Below, in pieces: positions 1-9,026 of a stretch of 64,000 nucleotides of DNA (its first letter is position 1; the number at the start of each line of letters is the position of its first letter). The notes beneath the pieces were generated by a model. The model was not told the DNA's origin. It worked only from the letters and a program-made list of their open reading frames with translations, and made no database searches. The stretch spans positions 30,427-94,426 of the forward strand of contig CAWDVE010000004.1 in NCBI GenBank assembly GCA_963805625.1, written 5' to 3'. Both the position numbers and the translations under genes were made by a program. This DNA is from an uncultured Candidatus Rokubacteria bacterium (GTDB taxonomy: Bacteria > Methylomirabilota > Methylomirabilia > Rokubacteriales > DASRDR01).

Positions 1-134
1 GCTTCCACGCCGTGACGGATGTCGCCAGGATCGCGTGGTACCTGACACGCGTCTGGTTCGGAGGCGGGGGGCGGGCCGGCATCGTCCGGCCGGCCGCCGT
101 CGCCTCGGGAGCCCGTCTTGCGCGCGAGCTCTGA
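1..134 (+). CDS. Partial CDS (3' end only), unidentified protein
   Basis: Frame 3 is open from the window edge to TGA 132-134, with G/C-rich third positions (..FHAVTDVARIAWYLTRVWFGGGGRAGIVRPAAVASGARLAREL*). It is absent from the ORF track because it has no start. No family recognised. Confidence 0.3.
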   Translation, partial: FHAVTDVARIAWYLTRVWFGGGGRAGIVRPAAVASGARLAREL

Positions 135-198
135 GCGGCTGCGCGCGCGCCTCCCGATGGAGCTCGCCATGCCGGCCCGACTCGACGTTCGGTGAAGG

Positions 199-1518
199 GT
201 GGGAGCCGGTGGGGTCGATCGGCCGCGTGAGCGCCGGGCTCCTCGGGGTCGTGTGGCTGGCCATCTGGCGCCGCCGCTGGCCCGGGCTCTCGCTGGAATC
301 GCAGCTCTCGTGGTGAGCGGCCGGGCGGTGGCGCGTCGGCGGCGCCTCCTGCCCCGAGGCTACGGGTTCGCTGTTGCCGGTATCGCCGTCGGGATGGCCG
401 GTCTCGTGGCTCTGGGCGCCCTCGCCGATCGCATCAGCCGGTTCATCGACGGCGGGCACCGCTTCGTCCTGGGACAGATCTCGGTGGCGGGTGCGGGCAT
501 CGGCACGGGAGCCGGCTTCACGGCGGGTGGCCTCCTGCGCCGCCAGACCATCGAGGCGATTCGCCGGGTCCCGGGAGTCGCCGCCATCCAGGCGCAGGTG
601 ATGCTGCCGTTGAATCCGGGTACGTCCGAGCTCTTCTCCGTGAACCAGGAGCTGGTCCTGGGCGTCGACCTCGGTGTCCCGTCGCCGAACCGCAACTACC
701 CGATCTCCCCGATCGCCGAGGGACGGGTCCTGGTTCCCACCGACCGCGGTCGCGTCATGGTCGGCGCCGAGCTGGCGGCGGGTCGGGCGCTTCGCTCCGG
801 ATCCCACCTCCGGATCGGTGAGCGAGACTTCGAGGTCGTCGGCGTTCTGGAGCGTCTCCTCACCGCGCCCGACCGCTTCGCTGTCCTGCCGATCGAGGAC
901 GCTCGCGATCTCTGGCTCGCCCTCGACCCCACGCTCCGCGCGCTGTTCGGCGCGGGCGGCGTCCTGGCCCGGGAGGACCTCAACACCGGCGCGGCCGTGG
1001 GCTGGGCGGACGGTGTGGACCATGACGCCCTCGCGGCGCGCATTCGCCGGGAAGTGGCCGGCGTCAACGTCGCCGCGCCGGGCGAGGTGGCGCGCCAGCT
1101 TGCCGCCTCGACGGCGTTCTTCTCCTGGCTCATGGCAGGCATCGCGGGGATCGGGCTTCTCATCGGCGGGCTCTCCCTCTCGAACACCGTCGCGGCGTCG
1201 ACCTTCGAGCGGATCCGGGACTTCGGGATCAAGCAGGCACTCGGTGCCACCGACCTCCAGCTCCTGGGTGAGGTTCTCCGGGAGAGCCTCGCGGTGAGTC
1301 TCGGGGGTGGCCTCCTCGGAACGACCCTTGCGGTCCTACTCGGGATTGCGGTCGACGCCCGGGCGGCCAGGGCGGGACAGGAGCTGTTCCTCTTCTCGGG
1401 CCGTCTGATCGCGTTCGCTCTCGGATTCGCGGTCGTCCTCGGGGCCGTCGCGGGCGCCTACGCGACCGTCCGAATCCTGCGGGTGCCCCCGGCCGAGGCG
1501 ATCCGCCGCGGAGCCTGA
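199..1518 (+). CDS. ABC transporter permease, FtsX/MacB type
   Basis: 439-aa ORF with a C-terminal FtsX-like block (..FERIRDFGIKQALGATDLQLLGEVLRESLAVSLGGGLLG..) and a final TM pair. It ends 4 nt before the cognate ATPase gene. The N-terminus is uncertain; GTG 253 just precedes the first TM (RRRRLLPRGYGFAVAGIAVGMAGLVALGAL). Confidence 0.8.
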   Translation: MGAGGVDRPRERRAPRGRVAGHLAPPLARALAGIAALVVSGRAVARRRRLLPRGYGFAVAGIAVGMAGLVALGALADRISRFIDGGHRFVLGQISVAGAGIGTGAGFTAGGLLRRQTIEAIRRVPGVAAIQAQVMLPLNPGTSELFSVNQELVLGVDLGVPSPNRNYPISPIAEGRVLVPTDRGRVMVGAELAAGRALRSGSHLRIGERDFEVVGVLERLLTAPDRFAVLPIEDARDLWLALDPTLRALFGAGGVLAREDLNTGAAVGWADGVDHDALAARIRREVAGVNVAAPGEVARQLAASTAFFSWLMAGIAGIGLLIGGLSLSNTVAASTFERIRDFGIKQALGATDLQLLGEVLRESLAVSLGGGLLGTTLAVLLGIAVDARAARAGQELFLFSGRLIAFALGFAVVLGAVAGAYATVRILRVPPAEAIRRGA

Positions 1519-1522
1519 GACC

Positions 1523-2221
1523 ATGAACACCGGCGCGGCGCTTCTCCGGGCGTCCGGCCTCGCGAAGCGCTTCCGCCTCCCGGACGGGCGTGTCCTCGAG
1601 GTACTCCGCGGGGTGGACCTCGCGCTCGCGCCCGGGGAGCTGGTAGCCGTGATCGGGCGGTCCGGATCCGGAAAGTCCACGCTCCTGAACCTCCTCGGCT
1701 GTCTCGACCGGTCCGATGGCGGGGAGCTCTGGTTCCGGGGCCAGCGCCTGACCGGGGCGAGCCGTCGGGCCATGGCCGGCTTTCGCGGCCGGCACCTCGG
1801 CTTCGTCTTCCAGACGTACAATCTCATCCCCGAGCTCACCGCGCGCGAGAACGTCCTCCTCGCCGCGCGCTACGTGGGCCGTCCGCGGGCGGAGGCCGAG
1901 GCGGCGGCGCGCGATCTCCTCCAGCGTCTGGGCGTCTGGGAGCAGGCGGAACAGTACCCGCCCGCGCTCTCCGGCGGTGAGCAGCAGCGGGTCGCGTTCT
2001 GCCGGGCCGTTCTGAACGACCCGGTCGTGATCCTGGCCGACGAGCCGACGGGCAACCTGGACGCAGAGAACGCCTGCGTACTGCTCGCGGAGCTCCGGGC
2101 GCGGGCGCGGAGCGGCCGCGCGGCGGTCCTGCTGGTGACGCACAGTGTGGAGCTCGCCCGCGCCGCGGACCGCACGCTGACCCTGATCGACGGTCAGCTT
2201 GGCACAGAGGGGCGGACATGA
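1523..2221 (+). CDS. ABC transporter ATP-binding protein (MacB/LolD-like)
   Basis: Walker A GRSGSGKST, signature LSGGEQQRV, Walker B VVILADEPT. Confidence 0.9.
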   Translation: MNTGAALLRASGLAKRFRLPDGRVLEVLRGVDLALAPGELVAVIGRSGSGKSTLLNLLGCLDRSDGGELWFRGQRLTGASRRAMAGFRGRHLGFVFQTYNLIPELTARENVLLAARYVGRPRAEAEAAARDLLQRLGVWEQAEQYPPALSGGEQQRVAFCRAVLNDPVVILADEPTGNLDAENACVLLAELRARARSGRAAVLLVTHSVELARAADRTLTLIDGQLGTEGRT

Positions 2222-2455
2222 TGACACCGTGCGCTCCGGCGCGATCGTGGTCATCCGGAACGAACGGCCTCATCGGGCACGGGGTGACGTCGGTCTTCGC
2301 GGCTGCCGGCTACGACATGCAGTTGGAGGAGCTGTTCCGACCCCTCCGGAGACAGGGCTGACGCGGTTCTGCCAGGTCAGCTCTGGTACGCTGCGCAGGT
2401 CTGCAGCACGCCGGACCGGTGGGCTGTCAGGCAAGAGGGAACGGGAGGATCTCGT

Positions 2456-3649
2456 TTGGGGAAGGTCCAACGTGCCATCGTGCTGGGGACGGATCCTGGG
2501 GCGGAGATCGTGGTCGGGGGTCTGCCGCTGGCCGTACGGGCCGTCCTGGCCTTGCACGCGGCCGGCTTCGACGATGTTGGGCTCGTCGTCCCGGGAAGGC
2601 CCCGATGGGCTGCTGAGCCGCTCGCGTGCCGCCGGGTCTCGGTCCAGTGGGTGGAGCCCGCCACCGACCTTTCGGGCTTCGGGGATGCCTTCACCCTCCT
2701 TCTGGCTGGAGACGTGCTCCTGGACAGCGCCGCCGTCGCGGCTCTTCGGGCCGCGCCTCCGGGCCCCGTCTTGACCGCGGCAGGCCGGCTCGTCGGAGTC
2801 GTGTGTGGTCCTGTCGACGCGTTGACGTGTTTTCGACGTCCTGATCTCTGGACGCGGTCGCCGGGGCCCGGGACCCGAATCGCGGCCGGCCTCGCGGTGC
2901 CGCTCGGGGTCGCCGGGTCGCGTGCTGGCCTGGAGCGGGCACTGATCCAGTCCCTCGCGGGCCGGGCGACCAGTGACAGCTACTTGGCGACCCTGTTCGA
3001 CCGTCCCATGTCCAGGCCGCTCACGCGGCTGATCCTCCGGACCCCGCTCGCTCCCTCGCACGTGACGCTCCTCGGCGTGGCGGCCGGGCTTCTCGGGGCG
3101 GGGGGGTTGGCGACGGTGTCATACTGGGGGCGCTTTGGCGGAGTGATCCTCCTGCTCGCCTCCGTCGTGCTCGATTGTGTCGACGGCGACATGGCCCGGG
3201 CGCGACTCGCGCAGAACCCGGCGGGCGCGCGGCTGGACGTGATGGGTGACTACCTGGTGCACCTGGCGGTCTTCACCGGACTGGCCACCGGCCTCTGGCG
3301 TGAGGGGTTGCCGGCAAGCGGCCTCTGGGTGGCGCTGACCTTGATCGCCGGCGTCGGTGCGGCGATGGCAGCGGTTCACCTGCTCTTCATCCGTCCCGCC
3401 CTTCGACAGAGCGGCGACCTCCACTGGGCCGGCGACACGTGGAGCCTTCGCGGCCGGCCGGGGGCGATGGTTGCCGAGAAGCTGGCGAGCCGCGACTACA
3501 CGTATCTGCTCCTGGTGCTGGCGGCCATCGGTCACCTTGAATGGTTCCTCTACGCTGCCGCTGGAGGCGCGTGGATCTTCACCGTGGCTCTGGTCGCGTA
3601 TCGGGTTTTGGCCATGCCCAGCCGCTGTCGGGACGCAGTATCCCGGTGA
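2456..3649 (+). CDS. Nucleotidyltransferase-like domain fused to CDP-alcohol phosphatidyltransferase
   Basis: TTG start with a GGGAGGA Shine-Dalgarno 7 nt upstream. Exact CDP-alcohol transferase motif D-x2-DG-x2-AR-x8-G-x3-D-x3-D (DCVDGDMARARLAQNPAGARLDVMGD) sits in a multi-TM C-terminal half. The N-terminal ~190 aa (AIVLGTDPGAEIVVGGLPLAVRAVLALHAAGFDDVGLVV) look like a degenerate MobA/GlmU-type NTP-transferase fold. Confidence 0.8.
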   Translation: MGKVQRAIVLGTDPGAEIVVGGLPLAVRAVLALHAAGFDDVGLVVPGRPRWAAEPLACRRVSVQWVEPATDLSGFGDAFTLLLAGDVLLDSAAVAALRAAPPGPVLTAAGRLVGVVCGPVDALTCFRRPDLWTRSPGPGTRIAAGLAVPLGVAGSRAGLERALIQSLAGRATSDSYLATLFDRPMSRPLTRLILRTPLAPSHVTLLGVAAGLLGAGGLATVSYWGRFGGVILLLASVVLDCVDGDMARARLAQNPAGARLDVMGDYLVHLAVFTGLATGLWREGLPASGLWVALTLIAGVGAAMAAVHLLFIRPALRQSGDLHWAGDTWSLRGRPGAMVAEKLASRDYTYLLLVLAAIGHLEWFLYAAAGGAWIFTVALVAYRVLAMPSRCRDAVSR

Positions 3650-4698
3650 TGGCGTTCCGGCGCCGCGGCCTCGAGCTGGCATGCCTAGCTCTCGGTGTGG
3701 CAGTCCTGGCCGGCACCGTCTGGGCCATCGGGGCCGAGACTCTCGCCCGGGACCTTCGCACCCTGGGGTGGGGTCTCGCGGTCATCCTGCTGGTCGAGAG
3801 TCTGAGCGTCGCCTTGAACACCGGCGGCTGGGCGCTGGCCTTTCCGAGCGGCGAGCGGCCGGTCAGCGCCGGATGGCTATTCGGTGCCCGCCTGGCCGGC
3901 GACGCCGTCAACTACCTCACCCCATCGGCCACTGTTGGAGGAGAGCTCCTCCGAGTGCGCCTGCTGGGCCCGCACGTCTCCTCGACCCTCCGATGGGCAT
4001 CCGTGAGCGTTGCCAAGATCGGCCAGTCGCTGGCCCAGGCCGTCTTCATCCTGCTGGGCCTTGCCATCGCCCTCCCGGGGCTGGCCGTGGCGCGCGGGTG
4101 GATCGGGTGGGGGGGCGCGATCGTCGCCGCCTCCGTGGCTGGTGCGGCCGCCATCGCGCCCTGGGTCGCGTTCGTCTGGGCGGTCGACCGGGGCTTCTGG
4201 ACGGCGACCCGGGGCGCGCTCCGGCGGGTCCGCCTCGGCTGGCTTCTGCCGGTGTCTTGGGCCGGCCCCGGCCGCGATCTCGATGCCACACTCGCGCGAC
4301 TGGGCCCATGGCGGGTGGCCGCGTCGCTCGGTTGCTTCGTTGCAGGATGGGTCGTGGGAGCGGCGGAGATCTACCTCATCCTCCACTGGGTCGGCGGCGC
4401 GGTGGACTGGCGGACGGCGCTGTCCCTCGAGACGGGGTCGGTGCTCATCGATGGTATTCTCTTCTTCGTGCCCGCCAAGGTAGGAACGCAGGAGGGGGGC
4501 AAGGTGGTGCTCTTCGCGACCCTCGGGCTCAATCCGGCCCGTGGCCTCACAGTTGGTGTGGTGCGGCGTATCAGGGAGTTGGTCTACGCGGGGCTTGGCC
4601 TAGCCGTCCTGGGCTGGATGAGCGCTCGCCCAGAGGCCAGTCCGACTCGACTCCAGACTCCTGCCGCTGCGGGCCGGGGCAGTTCCGGGCGTGTCTGA
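3649..4698 (+). CDS. Flippase-like / lysyl-PG-synthase-TM (UPF0104) family membrane protein, HpnL-like
   Basis: ATG 3649 overlaps the upstream TGA (TGATG). The ORF-track start at 3541 lies inside the previous gene. The protein is a polytopic membrane protein (..AVILLVESLSVALNTGGWALAF.., ..LIDGILFFVPAKVGTQEGGKVVLF..), typical of the UPF0104/HpnL fold. Confidence 0.7.
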   Translation: MAFRRRGLELACLALGVAVLAGTVWAIGAETLARDLRTLGWGLAVILLVESLSVALNTGGWALAFPSGERPVSAGWLFGARLAGDAVNYLTPSATVGGELLRVRLLGPHVSSTLRWASVSVAKIGQSLAQAVFILLGLAIALPGLAVARGWIGWGGAIVAASVAGAAAIAPWVAFVWAVDRGFWTATRGALRRVRLGWLLPVSWAGPGRDLDATLARLGPWRVAASLGCFVAGWVVGAAEIYLILHWVGGAVDWRTALSLETGSVLIDGILFFVPAKVGTQEGGKVVLFATLGLNPARGLTVGVVRRIRELVYAGLGLAVLGWMSARPEASPTRLQTPAAAGRGSSGRV

Positions 4699-6169
4699 GG
4701 GTCTCGTGGCGCTCCGGACGCTGTTCCTCCATCCTCCCGCGTTCGAAGGCTTCGATGGCGGCGCAGGATCCCGGTACCAGGCGCGTCGAGAGATCCGCTC
4801 GTTCTGGTACCCGACCTGGCTCGCCCAGCCCGCCGCGCTCGTGCCCGGCAGCCGTCTGATCGACGCGCCGCCCGACGGCCTGACCGTCGAGCGGGTGGCC
4901 CCGCTCGCCCGAGAGTACGACCAGGTGGTGATGCACACCAGCACGCCCTCCTTCGGCAGTGACCTCCGGGTCGCGGAGCGCTTGAAGGACGAGAATCCGA
5001 AGGTCCTGGTAGGCCTGGTGGGTGCCCATGTGGCTGTGCTCCCGGAGGCGTCGCTCCGCGCGGCGCGCGCCGTGGACTGGGTGGGCGTGGGGGAGTTCGA
5101 CCACGCGTGCGCCGAGGTCGCACAGGGGCGGCCGCTCGCCGACGTGAAAGGTATCGCGTACCGTGACGGAGACCGGATCCGGTTCACGCCGCCCCGGTCG
5201 CCGATCGAGGACATGGACGGCCTGCCCTTCGTGGTCGACGTCTACCGGCGGGACCTGACGATCGAGAACTACTTCATCGGCTACCTCCTCCACCCCTATG
5301 TCTCGCTCTACACGGGACGGGGGTGCCGGTCCAAGTGCACCTTCTGTCTGTGGCCGCAGACTGTTGGCGGCCATCGGTACCGGGTGCGGAGCGCCGAGAG
5401 CGTCGAGGCCGAGATGGTGCTGGCCAAGCGCTACTTCCCCCAGGTCCGGGAGTTCTTCTTCGACGACGATACGTTCACGGACGACCTCCCGCGCGCCGAG
5501 GAGATCGCTCGCCGCCTGGGCCGTCTCGGTATCACCTGGTCTTGCAACGCGAAGGCGAACGTCCCGCGGCGGACGCTCGAGATCCTGCGGGACAACGGTC
5601 TTCGGCTCCTCCTGGTCGGCTACGAGTCGGGGGATCAGCGGATCCTGAACAACATCAAGAAGGGGCTGCGCCTCGACATCGCCCGGGAGTTCACCCGGAA
5701 CGCGAAGGCGCTTGGCATCACAATCCACGGGACGTTCATCCTCGGCCTCCCGGGGGAGACGCCCGCGACGATCCAGGAGACGATCCGCTACGCGTGCGAG
5801 ATCGAGCCCGACACGATCCAGGTCTCCCTCGCCGCGCCGTACCCGGGCACGGCGCTCTATCGCCAGGCAGAGGAGCAGGGGTGGCTCCCGCGGGCGACGA
5901 GCGATCTAGTGAACCGGGACGGGGTCCAGCTGGCGGCCCTGGACTACCCTGGTCTCCCGCAGTCGGAGGTCTTCGACTCGGTCGAGGCCTTCTACCGCCG
6001 GTTCTACTTCCGTCCCCGGAAAATCGTCGCGATGGTCGGCGGGATGATGCGGGATCCGGCCGTCATGCGGCGGCGGCTTCGGGAGGGCGTCGAGTTCTTC
6101 AGGTTTCTGCGGGAGCGGCGCATGAGCTCGCCCGAGGCCCGGCCCGCGGTCTCGAGCGCGGGGGGCTGA
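4691..6169 (+). CDS. hpnJ: B12-binding radical SAM protein, HpnJ-like
   Basis: The N-terminus (LFLHPPAFEGFDGGAGSRYQARREIRSFWYPTWLAQPAALVPGSRLIDAPP..HTSTPSF) matches my recollection of the hopanoid-associated radical SAM HpnJ family. CxxxCxxC is present in YTGRGCRSKCTFCLW. GTG 4691 overlaps the upstream gene by 8 nt; GTG 4706 is an alternative start. Confidence 0.65.
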   Translation: MSEGLVALRTLFLHPPAFEGFDGGAGSRYQARREIRSFWYPTWLAQPAALVPGSRLIDAPPDGLTVERVAPLAREYDQVVMHTSTPSFGSDLRVAERLKDENPKVLVGLVGAHVAVLPEASLRAARAVDWVGVGEFDHACAEVAQGRPLADVKGIAYRDGDRIRFTPPRSPIEDMDGLPFVVDVYRRDLTIENYFIGYLLHPYVSLYTGRGCRSKCTFCLWPQTVGGHRYRVRSAESVEAEMVLAKRYFPQVREFFFDDDTFTDDLPRAEEIARRLGRLGITWSCNAKANVPRRTLEILRDNGLRLLLVGYESGDQRILNNIKKGLRLDIAREFTRNAKALGITIHGTFILGLPGETPATIQETIRYACEIEPDTIQVSLAAPYPGTALYRQAEEQGWLPRATSDLVNRDGVQLAALDYPGLPQSEVFDSVEAFYRRFYFRPRKIVAMVGGMMRDPAVMRRRLREGVEFFRFLRERRMSSPEARPAVSSAGG

Positions 6170-6181
6170 GCGGCCGAGGCC

Positions 6182-6586
6182 ATGCGCGTTCTGTTTGTCT
6201 GTCGCGGCAACATCTGCCGGAGCCGGGTGGGGGAGCAGATGTTCCAGGTCCTCACGTGGAGCGTTGAGGGCCGGGGCGACCACGAGGCGCGCTCGGCTGG
6301 CGTCGATCCGGACTCGGGTGGCCGCCCGGTGACGGGGCGGGACGTCGCGTGGGCCGACGTGATCTGCGTGATGGAGGCAGAGCACGAGATCTACATCCGG
6401 AAGCACTGGCCCGCACAGGTCCGGAAAGTGCGTGTCCTCGGGATCCCGGACATCTACGAACCCGACGATCCGGGACTCCGTGACCGCCTCACGGAGGTGG
6501 TGCGAGGGCTCATGGCGGAAGCCTCGGGTAAGGGCTCCGGTCCGGCTCCTACTCCGGGCGGCCAGCCCTCGGGACTCCACGGCTGA
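6182..6586 (+). CDS. Low-molecular-weight phosphotyrosine phosphatase / ArsC-fold phosphatase
   Basis: N-terminal P-loop VLFVCRGNICRS (CX5R-S) and a downstream IPDIYEPDDP acid-loop region. Confidence 0.8.
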   Translation: MRVLFVCRGNICRSRVGEQMFQVLTWSVEGRGDHEARSAGVDPDSGGRPVTGRDVAWADVICVMEAEHEIYIRKHWPAQVRKVRVLGIPDIYEPDDPGLRDRLTEVVRGLMAEASGKGSGPAPTPGGQPSGLHG

Positions 6587-6608
6587 GCCGCCGGCCCGGG
6601 AGCCGCCC

Positions 6609-7034
6609 TCAGGCTCGCCGGCGGTTACTGTCCCGGAACCGAATGGCCGCCCGGACGGCTGCGACCAGTTCCTCGAGGTTGAAGGGCTTGACCAGGTAGT
6701 AGAAGATTCCCGCTGCGCGCGCCGCCTGTTCCACCTCATAGGAGGCGTGGCCCGTCATCACGATGATCGGCAGCGACTCGTCGAAGCGCTTCACAACGGC
6801 GATGGCGTCCAGCCCCCCCAGACCGGGGAGCTTGAGGTCCAGAACCAGCGCGCGATAACTGGTATGCATGATGCGCTGGATCGCGTCGACTGCGCGATCG
6901 GCCGTGTCCACGTCCAACGCCTCCGCCGCCATAGCCTCGACGATCGTTTCCCGCACGCGAGGGTCGTCGTCACAGACGAGAATGCGCTCGCGTTCCACGG
7001 CCGCCTGGGACGCGCTTGCGGCATCACGCCTCAT
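6609..7034 (-). CDS. Stand-alone response regulator receiver (CheY-like)
   Basis: ILVCDDDPRVRE.., phospho-acceptor context ALVLDLKLPGLGG, and ..YYLVKPF... It lies directly downstream of the sigma-54 activator on the same strand. Confidence 0.85.
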   Translation of the reverse strand: MRRDAASASQAAVERERILVCDDDPRVRETIVEAMAAEALDVDTADRAVDAIQRIMHTSYRALVLDLKLPGLGGLDAIAVVKRFDESLPIIVMTGHASYEVEQAARAAGIFYYLVKPFNLEELVAAVRAAIRFRDSNRRRA

Positions 7035-7055
7035 GGTCGGCTCTGAACGCTCGGG

Positions 7056-8480
7056 CTAGGAGGAGGCGGCCGCATTGCCTTCGCTACGCGTTCCGATGGG
7101 AACCCCGTAGCGACGCAGCTTGTTGTATAGCGTCTTCGTATCGATGCCGAGGATACCTGCGACGCGCTTCTTGTTCCAGCGGTGTCGTTCCAGCGTCTGC
7201 AGGATGTGGTGACGTTCCACCTCGTCGAGCGTGAGGTCGGATACCACCTCGCCCCGGGAGCCGTCCGACGGCCGGACGAGTTCTCCCGGTTCGGCGGCTG
7301 GTTGGGCCGCCTTCGCGATCGCCGGGGGAAGAGCCTCGACCGTGAGCACCTGGCTATCGGCGAGCACCGAGAGCCGCTCGATGACATTTCGCAGCTCCCG
7401 GATGTTCCCCGGCCAGGGATACCTCGTCAGGCACACCATGGCTTCGGGAGTGACCTGAAGTCGCTCCCGGCCGCCATACGCGTTGACCCGGAGGAAGTGC
7501 TCGACCAGGAACGGGATGTCTTCCGTCCGTTCGCGCAGTGGCGGCATGGGGATCTCGATCACGGCGATGCGGTAGTAGAGGTCCTCCCGGAACCGGGCTC
7601 GCTGGACCTCCTGTCGCAGATCCTTGTTCGTGGCCGCGATCACCCGGATGTCGGCCTTGATGTGCCGGTTGGAGCCGATCCGGCGGAACTCCCCCGACTG
7701 GAGCGCGCGCAGGACTCTGACCTGGGTCGCCGGGCTCATCTCACCGATCTCGTCCAGGAACAGGGTGCCCTGGTTCGCCGTCTCGAGAAGCCCGTGCTTG
7801 AGACCGTGGGCGCCGGTGAACGCCCCGCGCTCGTGGCCGAAGAGCTCGCTCTCGAGAAGCGTGTCCTGGAGCGCGCCGCAGTCGACGATGGTGAGGGGTG
7901 TGGCGGCACGCGGGCTGTTGGCATGGAGGGCCCGGGCCACCAGCTCCTTGCCCGTGCCGCTCTCACCCTGGATCAGGACGGGGGAGAGTGTCCGCGCAGC
8001 CTTGTTGACCAATGCAAGCACGCGCTTGATCCCCGCGCTCCGACCAACGATCTCGGGAAAGGGGTCGTGGGCCTTAAGCGCGGCCTCGAGCTGGAGTGTC
8101 TGGCGCCGTCGGATGGCCTGGTCGTGGGCGGCACGCAAGACGTGGTTGAGGTCGTTGAAGTCGAAGGGCTGGGGCACGAAGTCGAAGGCGCCGTGTCGAG
8201 CGACCTCCGCGGCCGCAGTTACGGTTCCCCGGGCGGAGGTGACGACGACTTCCGGCGCCGGCGACATCGCGCGGATCGCCCGCAGCGTGTCCGCTCCTGA
8301 CATGCCGGACAGGTCCAGGTCGAGAAGGGCCACGCTGACGTCCCCTAGGGCGAGCTGGTCGATCCCCTCCTCGCCGGAGGTCACGGTGCGAACGACATAT
8401 CCAAATGACGGAAGCATCCGTCCCAGGAGGGCACGGATGCCAGCGTCCTCGTGGATTATTAGGACTATGGGGTGCTCCAT
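7056..8480 (-). CDS. Sigma-54-dependent Fis-family response regulator (NtrC-type enhancer-binding protein)
   Basis: Receiver domain plus AAA+ domain (Walker A GESGTGKE, GAFTGA loop in ERGAFTGAH) plus a C-terminal Fis HTH (KKRVAGILGIDTKTLYNKLRRYGV). The ORF track starts at TTG 8549, but codons 8481-8549 mostly end in A/T, unlike the rest of the gene. ATG 8480 (MEHPIVLIIHED) fits a receiver N-terminus. Confidence 0.85.
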   Translation of the reverse strand: MEHPIVLIIHEDAGIRALLGRMLPSFGYVVRTVTSGEEGIDQLALGDVSVALLDLDLSGMSGADTLRAIRAMSPAPEVVVTSARGTVTAAAEVARHGAFDFVPQPFDFNDLNHVLRAAHDQAIRRRQTLQLEAALKAHDPFPEIVGRSAGIKRVLALVNKAARTLSPVLIQGESGTGKELVARALHANSPRAATPLTIVDCGALQDTLLESELFGHERGAFTGAHGLKHGLLETANQGTLFLDEIGEMSPATQVRVLRALQSGEFRRIGSNRHIKADIRVIAATNKDLRQEVQRARFREDLYYRIAVIEIPMPPLRERTEDIPFLVEHFLRVNAYGGRERLQVTPEAMVCLTRYPWPGNIRELRNVIERLSVLADSQVLTVEALPPAIAKAAQPAAEPGELVRPSDGSRGEVVSDLTLDEVERHHILQTLERHRWNKKRVAGILGIDTKTLYNKLRRYGVPIGTRSEGNAAASS

Positions 8481-8643
8481 TAGAGGAAAAAGGCTACGGA
8501 ATTTCTCCCGGATTCCACTATCCGGAGGGAGCATCGGACTGTCAATCAAATTTATTTAAGGCCCTAAGGGGGCAGTAGATGACCCTTGACGGTGAAAAGC
8601 ATCGATGTGTGGAAACCTGCCCGCCTGAAGTTTATATTGCGAT

Positions 8644-8659
8644 TGGCATTACACTTGCT
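8644..8659 (+). promoter_or_regulatory. Sigma-54 (-24/-12) promoter candidate
   Basis: TGGCAT-tacac-TTGCT with correct GG-N10-GC spacing. It sits in an unusually A/T-rich intergenic stretch next to the sigma-54 activator gene and faces the histidine kinase gene. Confidence 0.6.
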
Positions 8660-9026
8660 CTATGCGTGGGCGCACCTCGAGCTCGGGCAGATGCTCGAGT
8701 AGCGAAGAGGCGGCGGGAGCGCTCCGGGAGTACCGGACGGCGTCCACCGTCGGGGGTAAGGACTGCCGACTGCACCGGGCCATCGCCCAAGCCCTTGGCG
8801 ACGGTAGCTACCTGCACGAGGCGTAGCCAGCTACGAGGTGGCGCAACGGCCTTCGGCCGACGGTATGGGGACCTCGGTGCGGGGCTGGGCGATATGTACG
8901 CCCGGATCGGGCTTGAGGATCAGGCGAGGGAACCGTACCGCCAGGTGCTGCGGCGCGAACCGGACCACGCCGGGACACGACAGGGGCTGGCCAGGGTGAG
9001 GGCCAGGTCGTGATGGACGAACGCAA

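Noticed and set aside
8481-8549. TTG 8549 as the start of the sigma-54 activator.
   Set aside because: Codons in this stretch mostly end in A/T, unlike genuine coding sequence here. The receiver domain begins right after ATG 8480. Some uncertainty remains.
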